A program made the position numbers and the translations under genes. A stretch of 54,351 nucleotides of DNA, taken from IMG/VR virus record IMGVR_UViG_3300035670_011527, positions 1-54,351 of that record, one strand, 5' to 3'. Source of the stretch: a virus (lineage: Duplodnaviria > Caudoviricetes). The notes below the pieces were generated by a model, which searched no databases, was not told the DNA's origin, and saw only the letters and a list, made by a program, of their open reading frames with translations. Shown here piece by piece: positions 9,565-19,485 of this stretch. How positions within the stretch are numbered: position 1 is the first letter of the stretch; the number at the start of each line of letters is the position of its first letter.

Positions 9565-10860
9565 ATGTTATTTAATAATACCAAAATAAAAGGTAACTAT
9601 ATTATTTGGTGTTTGACTCATTCTGATCAATTACACCCACAATTGAATTCAATAATTGGGACCTTTCTATATAGTTTAGAAACCCAAGAATATTCTTATT
9701 TAAATTATTCTCATCCTGATATAGAACCAGTATCGAATAAAAGTTATTTTCTTGATAAAATATTTTCTAATTCTGATTCTTTTATTTTTGGAAAAAAAGA
9801 TATTCTACATTACAAAAGTACTTTAAATTATGATATAGATTCACTTTATTATTTAAAAACTAATAGTAAAATCCCATACTATGATCTAAAAACACAAGCA
9901 CATTTATTTTTTGAAAGAAAATACCAAACAATTAAAATTAATAATATAATTCCTATAACTAAACACTTAGAATATTTTAAGAAATTAGTAGAATTTATTT
10001 TACCATTTATAGAAAAAGACGAATCGTTAGATTTTTATTCTAATACTATTATACCTGTTTTACATCAGATTGAAAAAAATCCAATTAAAATTGATAAGAG
10101 AAAATTTGATAAATTTTTTGAATTAGAATATGAAAAAAACAACATAAAGAATAATCTATTATATAGTTACTATAATCCATTCTCTACTACAGGAAGATTC
10201 ATCTGTTCATATAATGGATTAAATTTACAAACTTTGAATAAAGAAAATAACTCTAAAGAAGCATTTTTACCCACTAATGATTATTTTCTAGAAATAGATT
10301 ATGATGGATACCATGTTAGATTGATTGGTGAGTTAATTGGTTATAATTTTGGTAATGAAAATGTTCATCAATATTTAGCCAAAAAATATTTTGGAGATAA
10401 TCCCACTGAACACCAGTTAAAAGAATCTAAAGAATTAACATTCAAACAATTATATGGAGGTGTTTTTTCAAAATATAAAGACATTGAATTCTTTAAACAC
10501 ACACAATATTTTATTAATAAGATATGGAAACAAGCCAAAACATATGGTTTTATAGAAACTCCTTTATCTAAACGTAAAATACACCTTACAGATAAAATAG
10601 ATTCTTCTCAGAAACTATTTAATTACTTGATCCAAGCATATGAAAGTGAAAAAAATGCTTGGATGTTATCCAATCTCTTCCTATATTTGGAGATATATAA
10701 AACAAAAGTTTCATTATATGTTTATGATGCTTTTGTTTTGGATGTTGATTCATCCGAAGAAAATATAGTAGATAATATAAAAAATATAATATCTTGGGAC
10801 GGAAAATTTCCCCTAAAAATAAAAAAATCTCATACACTGAATAATTTTAAACCACTATGA
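9565..10860 (+). CDS. Short family A DNA polymerase
   Basis: 'TTGR..C...NLQ', motif A 'EIDYDGYHVRL', motif B 'K..TFKQLYG', 'NYLIQ' and motif C 'YVYDAF'. Confidence 0.8.
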   Translation: MLFNNTKIKGNYIIWCLTHSDQLHPQLNSIIGTFLYSLETQEYSYLNYSHPDIEPVSNKSYFLDKIFSNSDSFIFGKKDILHYKSTLNYDIDSLYYLKTNSKIPYYDLKTQAHLFFERKYQTIKINNIIPITKHLEYFKKLVEFILPFIEKDESLDFYSNTIIPVLHQIEKNPIKIDKRKFDKFFELEYEKNNIKNNLLYSYYNPFSTTGRFICSYNGLNLQTLNKENNSKEAFLPTNDYFLEIDYDGYHVRLIGELIGYNFGNENVHQYLAKKYFGDNPTEHQLKESKELTFKQLYGGVFSKYKDIEFFKHTQYFINKIWKQAKTYGFIETPLSKRKIHLTDKIDSSQKLFNYLIQAYESEKNAWMLSNLFLYLEIYKTKVSLYVYDAFVLDVDSSEENIVDNIKNIISWDGKFPLKIKKSHTLNNFKPL

Positions 10861-11252
10861 ACAATAAATTGTATTGTACCTTTGTAAAAACAGAACAAGT
10901 AGATAACCATATTGAATATTTAACAGATAATTATGATATTCTGTATAATAAAATATTTGTTTTAGAAACTAAAAATAGAGATTATGACAGATTTATTTTA
11001 ACATACAATATCGATTCTGTTAATTTAAAAGAAGATGCATTTTTTGAAAATACAATTAATGTACATAGAAAAAAAGAAACAAATACGTTATATACTATAA
11101 ATGCTATAAATGTTGTTTCTTTAGAAGAAAATGGTAGAATAGATCCTAGTTATAGAATTGATTGGGAAAAATACAAAAACTGTTTACTTTTAAGTAAAAA
11201 TAATAGATTAATAAATATTTCAACTTCTCTTAATCGTATAGTGGAGTTCTGA
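10857..11252 (+). CDS. Hypothetical protein
   Basis: 131-aa ORF coupled to the PolA-like gene ('VHRKKETNTLYTINA'). Confidence 0.6.
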   Translation: MNNKLYCTFVKTEQVDNHIEYLTDNYDILYNKIFVLETKNRDYDRFILTYNIDSVNLKEDAFFENTINVHRKKETNTLYTINAINVVSLEENGRIDPSYRIDWEKYKNCLLLSKNNRLINISTSLNRIVEF

Positions 11253-11271
11253 TTATTTTTTATTATATTCA
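11240..11271 (+). promoter_or_regulatory. Putative promoter
   Basis: TATATTCA -7-like box with a degenerate -33 (AGTG) 20 nt upstream. Confidence 0.4.
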
Positions 11272-11312
11272 ATCTTTAACAACAAAACCAAAACACTTAA
11301 TATTTAGTTATT

Positions 11313-12071
11313 ATGAACATAGATGAAGTAAAAAGACGCTTGAATAAATTTCAAAGCAAACAATCATATAGTAAAGATAATTCCGATTATCTTAATGCCT
11401 TCTGGAAACCAAAACCAGAAGATGGAAAACAATTAATTCGAATTGTTCCTTATAAGTTCAATAAAGATTATCCTTTTAGTGAACTTTATTTCCACTTTAA
11501 TGTTGGAAAAAGTAGAATGTTGGCTCTTACTAACTTTGGTGAATCTGATCCAATTGTAGAGCTTGTAAACGAATTGCGAAAGAGCAATGATGCTGAAATG
11601 AAAGAACTAGCTAAAAAGCTAGCACCTAAACTTCGCATTTTTGCTCCAGTTGTAGTTCGTGGTGAAGAAGATAAAGGTGTACGTTTTTGGGAATTTGGAA
11701 AAAACGTTTACATGGATATTCTTGGAGTAATGGCTGATGAAGATTATGGTGATATCACAGATGTTGTATCTGGTCGTGATATTTCAGTTGAAACTGTAAA
11801 AGAATCTGGTAAACTTTACAATTCTACTTTTATCCGTGTAAAACCAAATACCACTCCGCTACATCAAGATTCATCTACAGTTGAAAAACTTCTAGATAAT
11901 CAAAGAGAACTTGTCAATATCTATAAAAAATATAGTTTTGATGAAATGAAATCTGTTCTTCAGAATCATATGTTGTCTCTTCAGGGCGAAACTGAACAAG
12001 TAACATATGTTGAGAATAACCCATCATCACTTGAAAGTGATATTGATGACATGTTTGGAGATGATGAATAA
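11313..12071 (+). CDS. Single-stranded DNA-binding protein (T4 gp32-like)
   Basis: 'FWKP...IRIVP', 'GVRFWEFGK', 'DITD..SGRD' and an acidic C-terminal tail. Confidence 0.8.
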   Translation: MNIDEVKRRLNKFQSKQSYSKDNSDYLNAFWKPKPEDGKQLIRIVPYKFNKDYPFSELYFHFNVGKSRMLALTNFGESDPIVELVNELRKSNDAEMKELAKKLAPKLRIFAPVVVRGEEDKGVRFWEFGKNVYMDILGVMADEDYGDITDVVSGRDISVETVKESGKLYNSTFIRVKPNTTPLHQDSSTVEKLLDNQRELVNIYKKYSFDEMKSVLQNHMLSLQGETEQVTYVENNPSSLESDIDDMFGDDE

Positions 12072-12076
12072 AAATT

Positions 12077-13156
12077 ATGGCTAAAAAAAGATCACTAACA
12101 TCAACTGTGTCTTCTTCTGTCAAGGATTTTAATCTTCAAAAATTCAAAGAAAAAAAACTCCTTACTGGAAACATTAAATTTAAATCACAAGAATGGATTC
12201 CATTTAGTAAGGCTCTTCAAGAAATATTAAGTGTTCCTGGTGTTCCGCATGGCCACGTAACTTTGTTACGTGGTCATTCTGACACCGGAAAAACTACCGC
12301 TCTTCTTGAACTCGCTGTTAATGCTCAAAAAATGGGCAAAATGCCTGTTTTTATTATTACTGAAATGAAATGGAGTTGGGAACATGCCCAACTAATGGGT
12401 CTTGAAATAGAAGAAATAGTAAATGAAGAAACAGGAGAAATTATAGACTATGATGGTCATTTTCTTTATGTAGATCGTTCTCGAATCAATACTATTGAAG
12501 ATGTAGCTAGTTTTATTATGGATTTAGTGGATGAACAGAAAAAAGGTAATCTTCCATTCGATCTTGTGTTTTTATGGGATTCAGTGGGTTCAGTGCCATG
12601 TGAATTGTCTGTTCGTTCAAATAAAAATAACAACGAATGGAATGCAGGTGCTATGTCTACTCAATTTGGAAATAATGTTAATCAAAAGATTACTCTAAGT
12701 AGAAAAGAAACATCTCCATTTACTAATTCACTTATTTGTATCAATAAAATTTGGACAATGAAAGCTGAAACACCAATGAGCCAACCTAAAATTAAAAATA
12801 AAGGTGGAGAAACTATGTGGTATGATTCAACTTTTGTTCTAACATTTGGAAATGTTACTAACAGTGGTACTTCTAAAATTAAAGCTCGAAAAGATGGTAA
12901 AGAAGTTGAATTTGCTAAACGTACTAAAGTACAGGTAGATAAAAATCACATTAATGGTATTTCAACTAAAGGAAATATTATTATGACTTCACATGGTTTT
13001 ATTTTAGAAGGCGATATAGATTCATATAAAAAAGAACATTCACAAGAATGGTCTGAAATCTTGGGTGGATATGATTTTGACATTATTGAAGAACAAGAAG
13101 ATCCAATTGAGGACATGACAGAAATTTACTCCGAATCTACAATAGATCAGTTGTAA
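12077..13156 (+). CDS. RecA/UvsX-like recombinase
   Basis: Walker A 'GHSDTGKT', Walker B 'FLWDS', 'KGG' and 'VDKNH'. Confidence 0.85.
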   Translation: MAKKRSLTSTVSSSVKDFNLQKFKEKKLLTGNIKFKSQEWIPFSKALQEILSVPGVPHGHVTLLRGHSDTGKTTALLELAVNAQKMGKMPVFIITEMKWSWEHAQLMGLEIEEIVNEETGEIIDYDGHFLYVDRSRINTIEDVASFIMDLVDEQKKGNLPFDLVFLWDSVGSVPCELSVRSNKNNNEWNAGAMSTQFGNNVNQKITLSRKETSPFTNSLICINKIWTMKAETPMSQPKIKNKGGETMWYDSTFVLTFGNVTNSGTSKIKARKDGKEVEFAKRTKVQVDKNHINGISTKGNIIMTSHGFILEGDIDSYKKEHSQEWSEILGGYDFDIIEEQEDPIEDMTEIYSESTIDQL

Positions 13157-13158
13157 TA

Positions 13159-14211
13159 ATGACCAATATTTTTTCTTTACTTGAAAATATTAAAGATCCT
13201 CTTTATGATCCTGATCTAAAGATAAACAGCAAGGTTCTTCTAATAGATGGTATGAACACCTTCTTTAGGAACTTTGCTGTTATTAATTATCTTAATGTAG
13301 ATGGAAGTCATATTGGGGGATTAGTTGGGTTTTTACGAAGTTTAGGTTATGCTTCTAACTTAACTAAAGCTACTAGGATTATTATAGCTTTTGATGGTGA
13401 AGGAAATATAACCAATAAAAAGAATCTTCTACCTGAATATAAAAGTAATCGAAATCTTACTAAAGTTACAAACTGGAAAACATTCGATAGTAAAGATGAA
13501 GAAATAGGATCAATGAATGCTCAATTAGATAGACTTATGGTTTATCTAAAATGTTTACCAGTTACTACTGTTATTGTAAATAAAGCCGAAGCAGATGATA
13601 TATTAGCATATTACAGTAAAAAATTATATAATGATGATCCTTCTTCACTAATATATTTAATGTCTTCAGATAAAGATTTTCTTCAATTAGCAAATGATAG
13701 AATTACTATTTTTTCTCCAATGAAAAAAATATTCTATAGTCCTGAAGAAGTTTTAAAAGAATATGGCGTTTCGTCAAATAATTTCTTAACATACAAAATA
13801 TTATTAGGTGATAAAACAGATAATGTTCCGGGAATAGAAGGACTAGGTCCTAAAAAAATATTAAAACTATTTCCTGAATTATCATCAAATAATCCCTTTA
13901 CTTTGAAAGATGTTCTTGAAAAATCTCGTTTTAAACAACAGGAAAATTCAATGTATGGGAAGGTGTTGATATTAAAAGAGCAACTAAGAATAAACGAAAC
14001 AATAATGGGATTACACAAAAATATATTCACCAGTGATGAACAAGATTATTTGGATGATTCATTAAACAATCCTATTAATTCTTTAAATAAAGAAAATTTT
14101 AAATTCTTATACGAAACAGATACTTTAGGAAAATCTATTTTAAACCTTGATAATTGGCTTTCAGAAAATTTTAATTTACCAAATAGGTTTATAAATGAAC
14201 ACACTAACTGA
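13159..14211 (+). CDS. 5'-3' exonuclease / RNase H (FEN family)
   Basis: 'LIDG.N', 'FDG', 'YK.NR', 'EADD', 'SSDKDFLQL' and 'GDKTDNVPGI.GLGPK'. Confidence 0.9.
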   Translation: MTNIFSLLENIKDPLYDPDLKINSKVLLIDGMNTFFRNFAVINYLNVDGSHIGGLVGFLRSLGYASNLTKATRIIIAFDGEGNITNKKNLLPEYKSNRNLTKVTNWKTFDSKDEEIGSMNAQLDRLMVYLKCLPVTTVIVNKAEADDILAYYSKKLYNDDPSSLIYLMSSDKDFLQLANDRITIFSPMKKIFYSPEEVLKEYGVSSNNFLTYKILLGDKTDNVPGIEGLGPKKILKLFPELSSNNPFTLKDVLEKSRFKQQENSMYGKVLILKEQLRINETIMGLHKNIFTSDEQDYLDDSLNNPINSLNKENFKFLYETDTLGKSILNLDNWLSENFNLPNRFINEHTN

Positions 14212-15556
14212 ATTTGGGCACAGTTTTCAAACGAAAACTCTAGCTGCTCTTATTTTCGATTTTAATTTTTTACAACAGGTTCATGATCTAATTTCAGATG
14301 AATATTTTGATAATGATGCTTCAAAATGGATTACAAAAATAGTATCTTCTTACTATGATGAGTATAAAACTACTCCCACTTTAGAAGTATTTAAAGTTAA
14401 ATTAAGTGAAGTACCTAATGATGTATTAAAAGTTGCAATTAAAGATCAATTAAAACAAATAGTAGAAAATAAAAATGTTTCAGATCTTGATTTTGTCAAA
14501 GATAAATTTATTGCATTTGGAAAGGATCAAAGTTTAAAAAAAGCACTTATTAAAAGTGTAGATCTTTTACCATTAGGAGATTATGAAGGTATAAGAAGTC
14601 TAATTGATACCGCACTAAAAGCAGGAACTGATAGAGGAGTAGGACATGAATATGTTCTTCATTTGGAAGAAAGATTTAAAGAAGAAAAACGTAATATCGT
14701 TGCTACACCCTGGGAAGTTATTAATGATTTAACAAATGGTGGTCTCGGAAATGGTGATCTTGGTTTGATAGTAGGAGGACCAGGAGGAGGAAAATCATGG
14801 ACATTAGTTAACCTAGGAAAATATGCTGTTGAACAAGGACATACAGTAATTCATTATACTTTAGAGTTAGGAGACATTTATGTAGGAAGAAGATATGATG
14901 CTGCTTTTTCTCAAATACCTGTGTCTCAAATATTAGATAATAAAGAAAAAGTAAAAGAAAAATTATCTGACATAAAAGGAAATTTATATATTAAAGCATA
15001 TCCTACAAATAATGCTACTGTTGGTACTATTAGAGCACATGTTCAAAAATGTATATCACAAGGTATTAATCCTGATATGATTATAGTTGATTATGCTGAT
15101 CTCTTAGATAGTAAAAAGGGTAGAGAAAGAAAAGATAAACTTGATGAAATTTATAAAGATTTAAGAGGACTAGCTAACGAATTAAATATTTTAGTATGGA
15201 CCGCTTCTCAAGTTAATAGAGCTGGAGCTCAAGATGATCACGTTGAAGGAGACAAAATAGCAGGTTCATACGATAAAATGGGTATTATTGACTTTGGTAT
15301 GTCTCTATCTCGTAAAAAAGAAGATAAAGTAAATGGAACAGGTAGATGGCATATAATGAAAAATAGATATGGATCTGATGGAATGACATTTTCGAGTATT
15401 CTTGATACTTCGATAGGAAAAATTGAAATATTTGAAACCTCAGAATCTGAAAATCATCCTCCATCAAGAAATTTACCTAATTCTTCTAACTTCAATAATA
15501 ATATTAGTTCAGAAGAAGCTAAAAAAGTAGCTGAAACTTTTTTTAAACTTTATTAA
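14195..15556 (+). CDS. dnaB: Replicative DnaB-like helicase (T4 gp41-like)
   Basis: 'GGPGGGKS', 'TLEL', 'IIVDYADLL', 'TASQVNR' and 'KNRYG'. Confidence 0.9.
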   Translation: MNTLTEFGHSFQTKTLAALIFDFNFLQQVHDLISDEYFDNDASKWITKIVSSYYDEYKTTPTLEVFKVKLSEVPNDVLKVAIKDQLKQIVENKNVSDLDFVKDKFIAFGKDQSLKKALIKSVDLLPLGDYEGIRSLIDTALKAGTDRGVGHEYVLHLEERFKEEKRNIVATPWEVINDLTNGGLGNGDLGLIVGGPGGGKSWTLVNLGKYAVEQGHTVIHYTLELGDIYVGRRYDAAFSQIPVSQILDNKEKVKEKLSDIKGNLYIKAYPTNNATVGTIRAHVQKCISQGINPDMIIVDYADLLDSKKGRERKDKLDEIYKDLRGLANELNILVWTASQVNRAGAQDDHVEGDKIAGSYDKMGIIDFGMSLSRKKEDKVNGTGRWHIMKNRYGSDGMTFSSILDTSIGKIEIFETSESENHPPSRNLPNSSNFNNNISSEEAKKVAETFFKLY

Positions 15557-15626
15557 AACTTCTTATAGTTTTTAAAATATATACAATATTTATGGTTAAT
15601 CCTTTAAAAAACAAAAAATAAAATCT

Positions 15627-17489
15627 ATGGAAATTAGTAATCAGATCCTTTCGGACATAACAGTTTTTATGAAATATGCCAAATTTATTCCTGAACTCAA
15701 TAGACGAGAAACGTTTGATGAGATTGTGAATAGAAACAAAGAAATGCATATCAAAAAATATCCTCAACTTGAAGAAGAAATCATTAATGTTTACGAAAAT
15801 TTTGTTCGTACTAAAAAAGTATTACCATCAATGCGTAGTTTGCAATTTGCTGGTAAACCTATTGAAATAAATCCAACTAGAATTTATAACTGTTGTTATT
15901 TACCAATTGATTCGATTGAATCTTTTGGAGAAATTATGTTCTTACTTTTAAGTGGAACTGGAGTTGGATATTCTGTTCAAACTCATCATATCGATAAATT
16001 ACCTGAGATTAGACGACCAAATCCAAATAGAAGAAAAAGATTCTTAGTTGGAGATAGTATTGAAGGATGGGCTGATGCTATTAAGTTTCTTGTAAAATCA
16101 TATTTTGGAAGAAATTCATCCACCCCAATATTTGATTTTTCAGATATTAGACCAAAAGGTGCTAAACTTATTACATCTGGTGGTAAAGCACCTGGAGCTG
16201 GTCCACTTAAAGAATGTTTAGTAAAAATTCAAAATATTTTAGATGAAAAACAAGATGGTGATAAATTAACTTCAATTGAAGTACACGATATTGTTTGTCA
16301 TTTAGCGGATGCTGTATTAGCAGGTGGTATTAGAAGAGCAGCTCTTATCTCATTGTTTAATGCTGATGATAATGAAATGTTATCTTCAAAAGCAGGTGCT
16401 TGGTGGGAAAATAATCCACAAAGAGGTAGAGCTAATAATTCAGCCGTGTTACTTCGTCATAAAGTTGATAAAGAGTTTTTCCTTAATCTTTGGGAAAGAG
16501 TTGAAGCATCCAATTCAGGTGAACCTGGAGTATTTTTTACAAATGATAAAGATTGGGGAACCAATCCATGTGCCGAAATTGCTCTTCGTCCATATCAATT
16601 CTGCAACCTTACTGAAATCAATGCTTCAACTATTGAATCTCAAGAAGATTTAAATGATAGAGCAAAAGCAGCAGCATTCATTGGAACTCTTCAGGCAGGT
16701 TATAGTGATTTTCATTATCTGAGAGATATTTGGAGAAAAACAACAGAAAAAGATGCTCTTATTGGAGTAGGAATGACAGGTATCGCTGATGGTGCTGTAC
16801 TTAATTATGATTTATCTGAAGCTTCTAAACAAGTTGTAGCAGAAAATCAAAGAATATCTGCTATTATTGGTATTAAAGCAGCAGCTCGTACATCTACTGT
16901 TAAACCTAGTGGTACTTCAAGTTTAGTATTAGGTACATCTTCAGGAGTTCATGCTCGACACAATGATTACTATATCAGAAGAATTAGAGTTGGTAAAGAT
17001 GAATCAATTTATAACTACTTAAAAGTATTTCATCCTGAATTAGTTGAAGATGAATATTTTAGACCTGATACAATTGCTGTTATTTCAATTCCTCAGAAAT
17101 CACCTGATGGAGCTCGTTTAAGAACAGAAGCAGCATTAGATACTCTTGAAAGAGTAAAGAAAATGTATATGGAATGGATTAAACCTGGACATGTACGTGG
17201 AGAAAATACTCATAATGTTTCTTGTACTATTAGTTTAAAACCAGAAGAATGGAAACCAGTAGGAGAATGGATGTGGGAAAATAGAAATAAATATGCTGCT
17301 ATTGCTGTATTGCCCTATGATGGTGGATCATATATTCAAGCACCTTTTGAGGACTGTAACAAAGAAACATATGATAAAATGATGACAAGTCTTACAAATG
17401 TGGATTTAAAACAAGTAATTGAATATGATGATTTAACAGATCTACAAGGTGAACTTGCTTGTGCTGGTGGAAATTGTGAAATAGCATGA
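15627..17489 (+). CDS. nrdJ: Class II (adenosylcobalamin-dependent) ribonucleotide reductase
   Basis: 'NPCAEI', 'TVKPSGT' and C-terminal 'CAGGNCEI'; monomeric RTPR-like length, and no NrdB gene nearby. Confidence 0.85.
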   Translation: MEISNQILSDITVFMKYAKFIPELNRRETFDEIVNRNKEMHIKKYPQLEEEIINVYENFVRTKKVLPSMRSLQFAGKPIEINPTRIYNCCYLPIDSIESFGEIMFLLLSGTGVGYSVQTHHIDKLPEIRRPNPNRRKRFLVGDSIEGWADAIKFLVKSYFGRNSSTPIFDFSDIRPKGAKLITSGGKAPGAGPLKECLVKIQNILDEKQDGDKLTSIEVHDIVCHLADAVLAGGIRRAALISLFNADDNEMLSSKAGAWWENNPQRGRANNSAVLLRHKVDKEFFLNLWERVEASNSGEPGVFFTNDKDWGTNPCAEIALRPYQFCNLTEINASTIESQEDLNDRAKAAAFIGTLQAGYSDFHYLRDIWRKTTEKDALIGVGMTGIADGAVLNYDLSEASKQVVAENQRISAIIGIKAAARTSTVKPSGTSSLVLGTSSGVHARHNDYYIRRIRVGKDESIYNYLKVFHPELVEDEYFRPDTIAVISIPQKSPDGARLRTEAALDTLERVKKMYMEWIKPGHVRGENTHNVSCTISLKPEEWKPVGEWMWENRNKYAAIAVLPYDGGSYIQAPFEDCNKETYDKMMTSLTNVDLKQVIEYDDLTDLQGELACAGGNCEIA

Positions 17490-17695
17490 TAGACAATAAA
17501 GATAGTGATAATTTGAACGAATCTTTAGGTGAGCTTGAGAGTTTTATAACAGACAATCAAGCTTTCCTAAAGAAAGAAAACGTGGATATTGATAATCTTG
17601 TTAATATATTTGACGAGATACGAAAAGTACAAGATGAAATTCAAAAATTAAATAAAAAGTTATATGATAGTACCTCCCAAACCCACAAGTCGTAA
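17486..17695 (+). CDS. Hypothetical protein (coiled coil)
   Basis: 69-aa ORF overlapping the nrdJ stop. Confidence 0.5.
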   Translation: MIDNKDSDNLNESLGELESFITDNQAFLKKENVDIDNLVNIFDEIRKVQDEIQKLNKKLYDSTSQTHKS

Positions 17696-18170
17696 GTCAA
17701 CTCCATTTTATTGGTGGAGACGTTTTCCTGTTCAAAAATATAATTCACGTCAATCATTAGTTGATCGTATCAAAGCTGGTGAATTTGATCCTTCTCCTTA
17801 TATTGAACAATCTCTTTGGGAAATTGAATGGATGAAACAAGAAATGGAAGAAGAAACATCCAACTATATCAATCATAATAGTGCTGCTTTTTATGATGAA
17901 GTTGCTGGTCCTATTAAAACTCGTTATATGAAGCGTTTCAAAAAACTTACCGAAGATAGTTGGGCGGATGAAGATAAACGTTTGTCATCATTGATTAAAG
18001 CACTTCGTGTTGAATTTTCGCTTCCAGAAATATTTGTACAAGATTTTCTTTCTGATTTTGATGGAAGTGTGTTGGAAGCATACAATAGTTTGCGTATATT
18101 TTGTGAAAAACATAATAGTGTTATTATGCGTAGGGTATATTTAAAAAACATGTTTAACAATCCATGGTAA
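17664..18170 (+). CDS. Hypothetical protein
   Basis: 168-aa ORF ('FYWWRRF'). Confidence 0.6.
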   Translation: MIVPPKPTSRKSTPFYWWRRFPVQKYNSRQSLVDRIKAGEFDPSPYIEQSLWEIEWMKQEMEEETSNYINHNSAAFYDEVAGPIKTRYMKRFKKLTEDSWADEDKRLSSLIKALRVEFSLPEIFVQDFLSDFDGSVLEAYNSLRIFCEKHNSVIMRRVYLKNMFNNPW

Positions 18171-18973
18171 ATAAAATCCTGATTAGTCATGAAGTTCCTG
18201 TAAATTTTCTATATGAAAGTAGACAATTTAATGATTATGATTATGCTCTTCCTCATTTGTTAGATAGTGATTCTCAATACAGAGAATATTTCATAAACAG
18301 CAAAAGAGAAGGACGTTATATCATAATGGATAATTCATTACATGAATTAGGAAGTGCTTATGATAATGAACGATTAGTTTATTGGATCAATGAACTTGAA
18401 CCGAATGAATTTATTGTTCCTGATGTATGGGAAGAACATTCTTCTACTTTATATAATGCAAAAGAATGGAAACAATATCAAAAAGATGGAATTATTTCAT
18501 CTAATACTAAATTAGTAGCAGTAGCACAAGGAAAAACCCATTCAGATATATTAACATGTGCCTGGATTTTGGTTAATAACTATGATTATCAAAAAATATC
18601 ATTGAGTTATGGAGCATCAGCATATAATGAAATATTTCCTCATCCCAATCCTTATATTGGAAAAATGTTAGGAAGAATTTATACTGTATCTAAATTAGCA
18701 GAAGAAGAATGGATAAAAAGTGTTAAACTTCATCTATTAGGATGTGCTCTTCCACAAGAATTTTCATATTATAATGACCCCAAATTTAATTTTATAGAAT
18801 CATTAGATACTTCTAATCCTGTTATACATGGAATCATGGGAATTAATTATGAAGAATATGGATTAAATAAAAAACTATCTGTAAAAATTGACACTATTAA
18901 AGAAATAAAAAACAAAGAAATTGTATACAACAATATTGAAAAATTTAGAAAACTTTTAACTTATTACTCATGA
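18164..18973 (+). CDS. Divergent TGT/DpdA-like transglycosylase (candidate 7-deazaguanine DNA insertion enzyme)
   Basis: TGT-fold motifs in order 'IMDNS', 'PDV', 'VAQG', 'HLLG', 'SLDTS'; next to queC/D/E and folE. Confidence 0.6.
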   Translation: MVNKILISHEVPVNFLYESRQFNDYDYALPHLLDSDSQYREYFINSKREGRYIIMDNSLHELGSAYDNERLVYWINELEPNEFIVPDVWEEHSSTLYNAKEWKQYQKDGIISSNTKLVAVAQGKTHSDILTCAWILVNNYDYQKISLSYGASAYNEIFPHPNPYIGKMLGRIYTVSKLAEEEWIKSVKLHLLGCALPQEFSYYNDPKFNFIESLDTSNPVIHGIMGINYEEYGLNKKLSVKIDTIKEIKNKEIVYNNIEKFRKLLTYYS

Positions 18974-19431
18974 ACACCTTACTTATTATTTGGTTTATTT
19001 TAAGCCTTCCATTAATACTATTTTTTATATTTAAAACTATTCATTACAAAGAATGGGCAGAACGAGAAGCAGACATTAGATTGAGAGAAATGCTCGAACA
19101 AAAAGAAAAAGAAATTAGAGAAGATGCTTTTTCTCGTTCTAGAGCAGTTAGTTTTGGAAAAACAATTGAAAAATTTGTACCATTTTTGAAAGAATTTCCT
19201 GCTGATCCTAGAGAAGCTATTTTCTTAGGTAAACCTATTGATTATATTTGTTTTATTAATAGAGATAGTAAAAAGAAATCACTTGTTCGTTTTGTTGAAA
19301 TTAAATCTGGAAAATCAACACTAAATACCCACCAAGAAAATATTAAAGAAGCTATATTAAATGGTAGAGTTGAATGGCATGAAGTTATGGTTGATGGTTT
19401 AACAGCAGAAGAAAAGAAAGATATCGGTTGA
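18970..19431 (+). CDS. Holliday-junction-resolvase-like PD-(D/E)XK endonuclease with N-terminal TM helix
   Basis: 'FLGKPIDYICF...FVEIKSG' and a hydrophobic N-terminus. Confidence 0.75.
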   Translation: MNTLLIIWFILSLPLILFFIFKTIHYKEWAEREADIRLREMLEQKEKEIREDAFSRSRAVSFGKTIEKFVPFLKEFPADPREAIFLGKPIDYICFINRDSKKKSLVRFVEIKSGKSTLNTHQENIKEAILNGRVEWHEVMVDGLTAEEKKDIG

Positions 19432-19470
19432 ATGTGAATGTAACCGATTAATAAATTAATACTATTCACA
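19423..19470 (+). promoter_or_regulatory. Candidate H-type RNA pseudoknot in the queC leader
   Basis: Stem 1 is ATCGGTTG(19423-30)/TAACCGAT(19441-48). The loop sequence TGTGAAT(19433-39) is complementary to ATTCACA(19464-70). Confidence 0.5.
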
Positions 19471-19485
19471 CAAATTAATAATATA

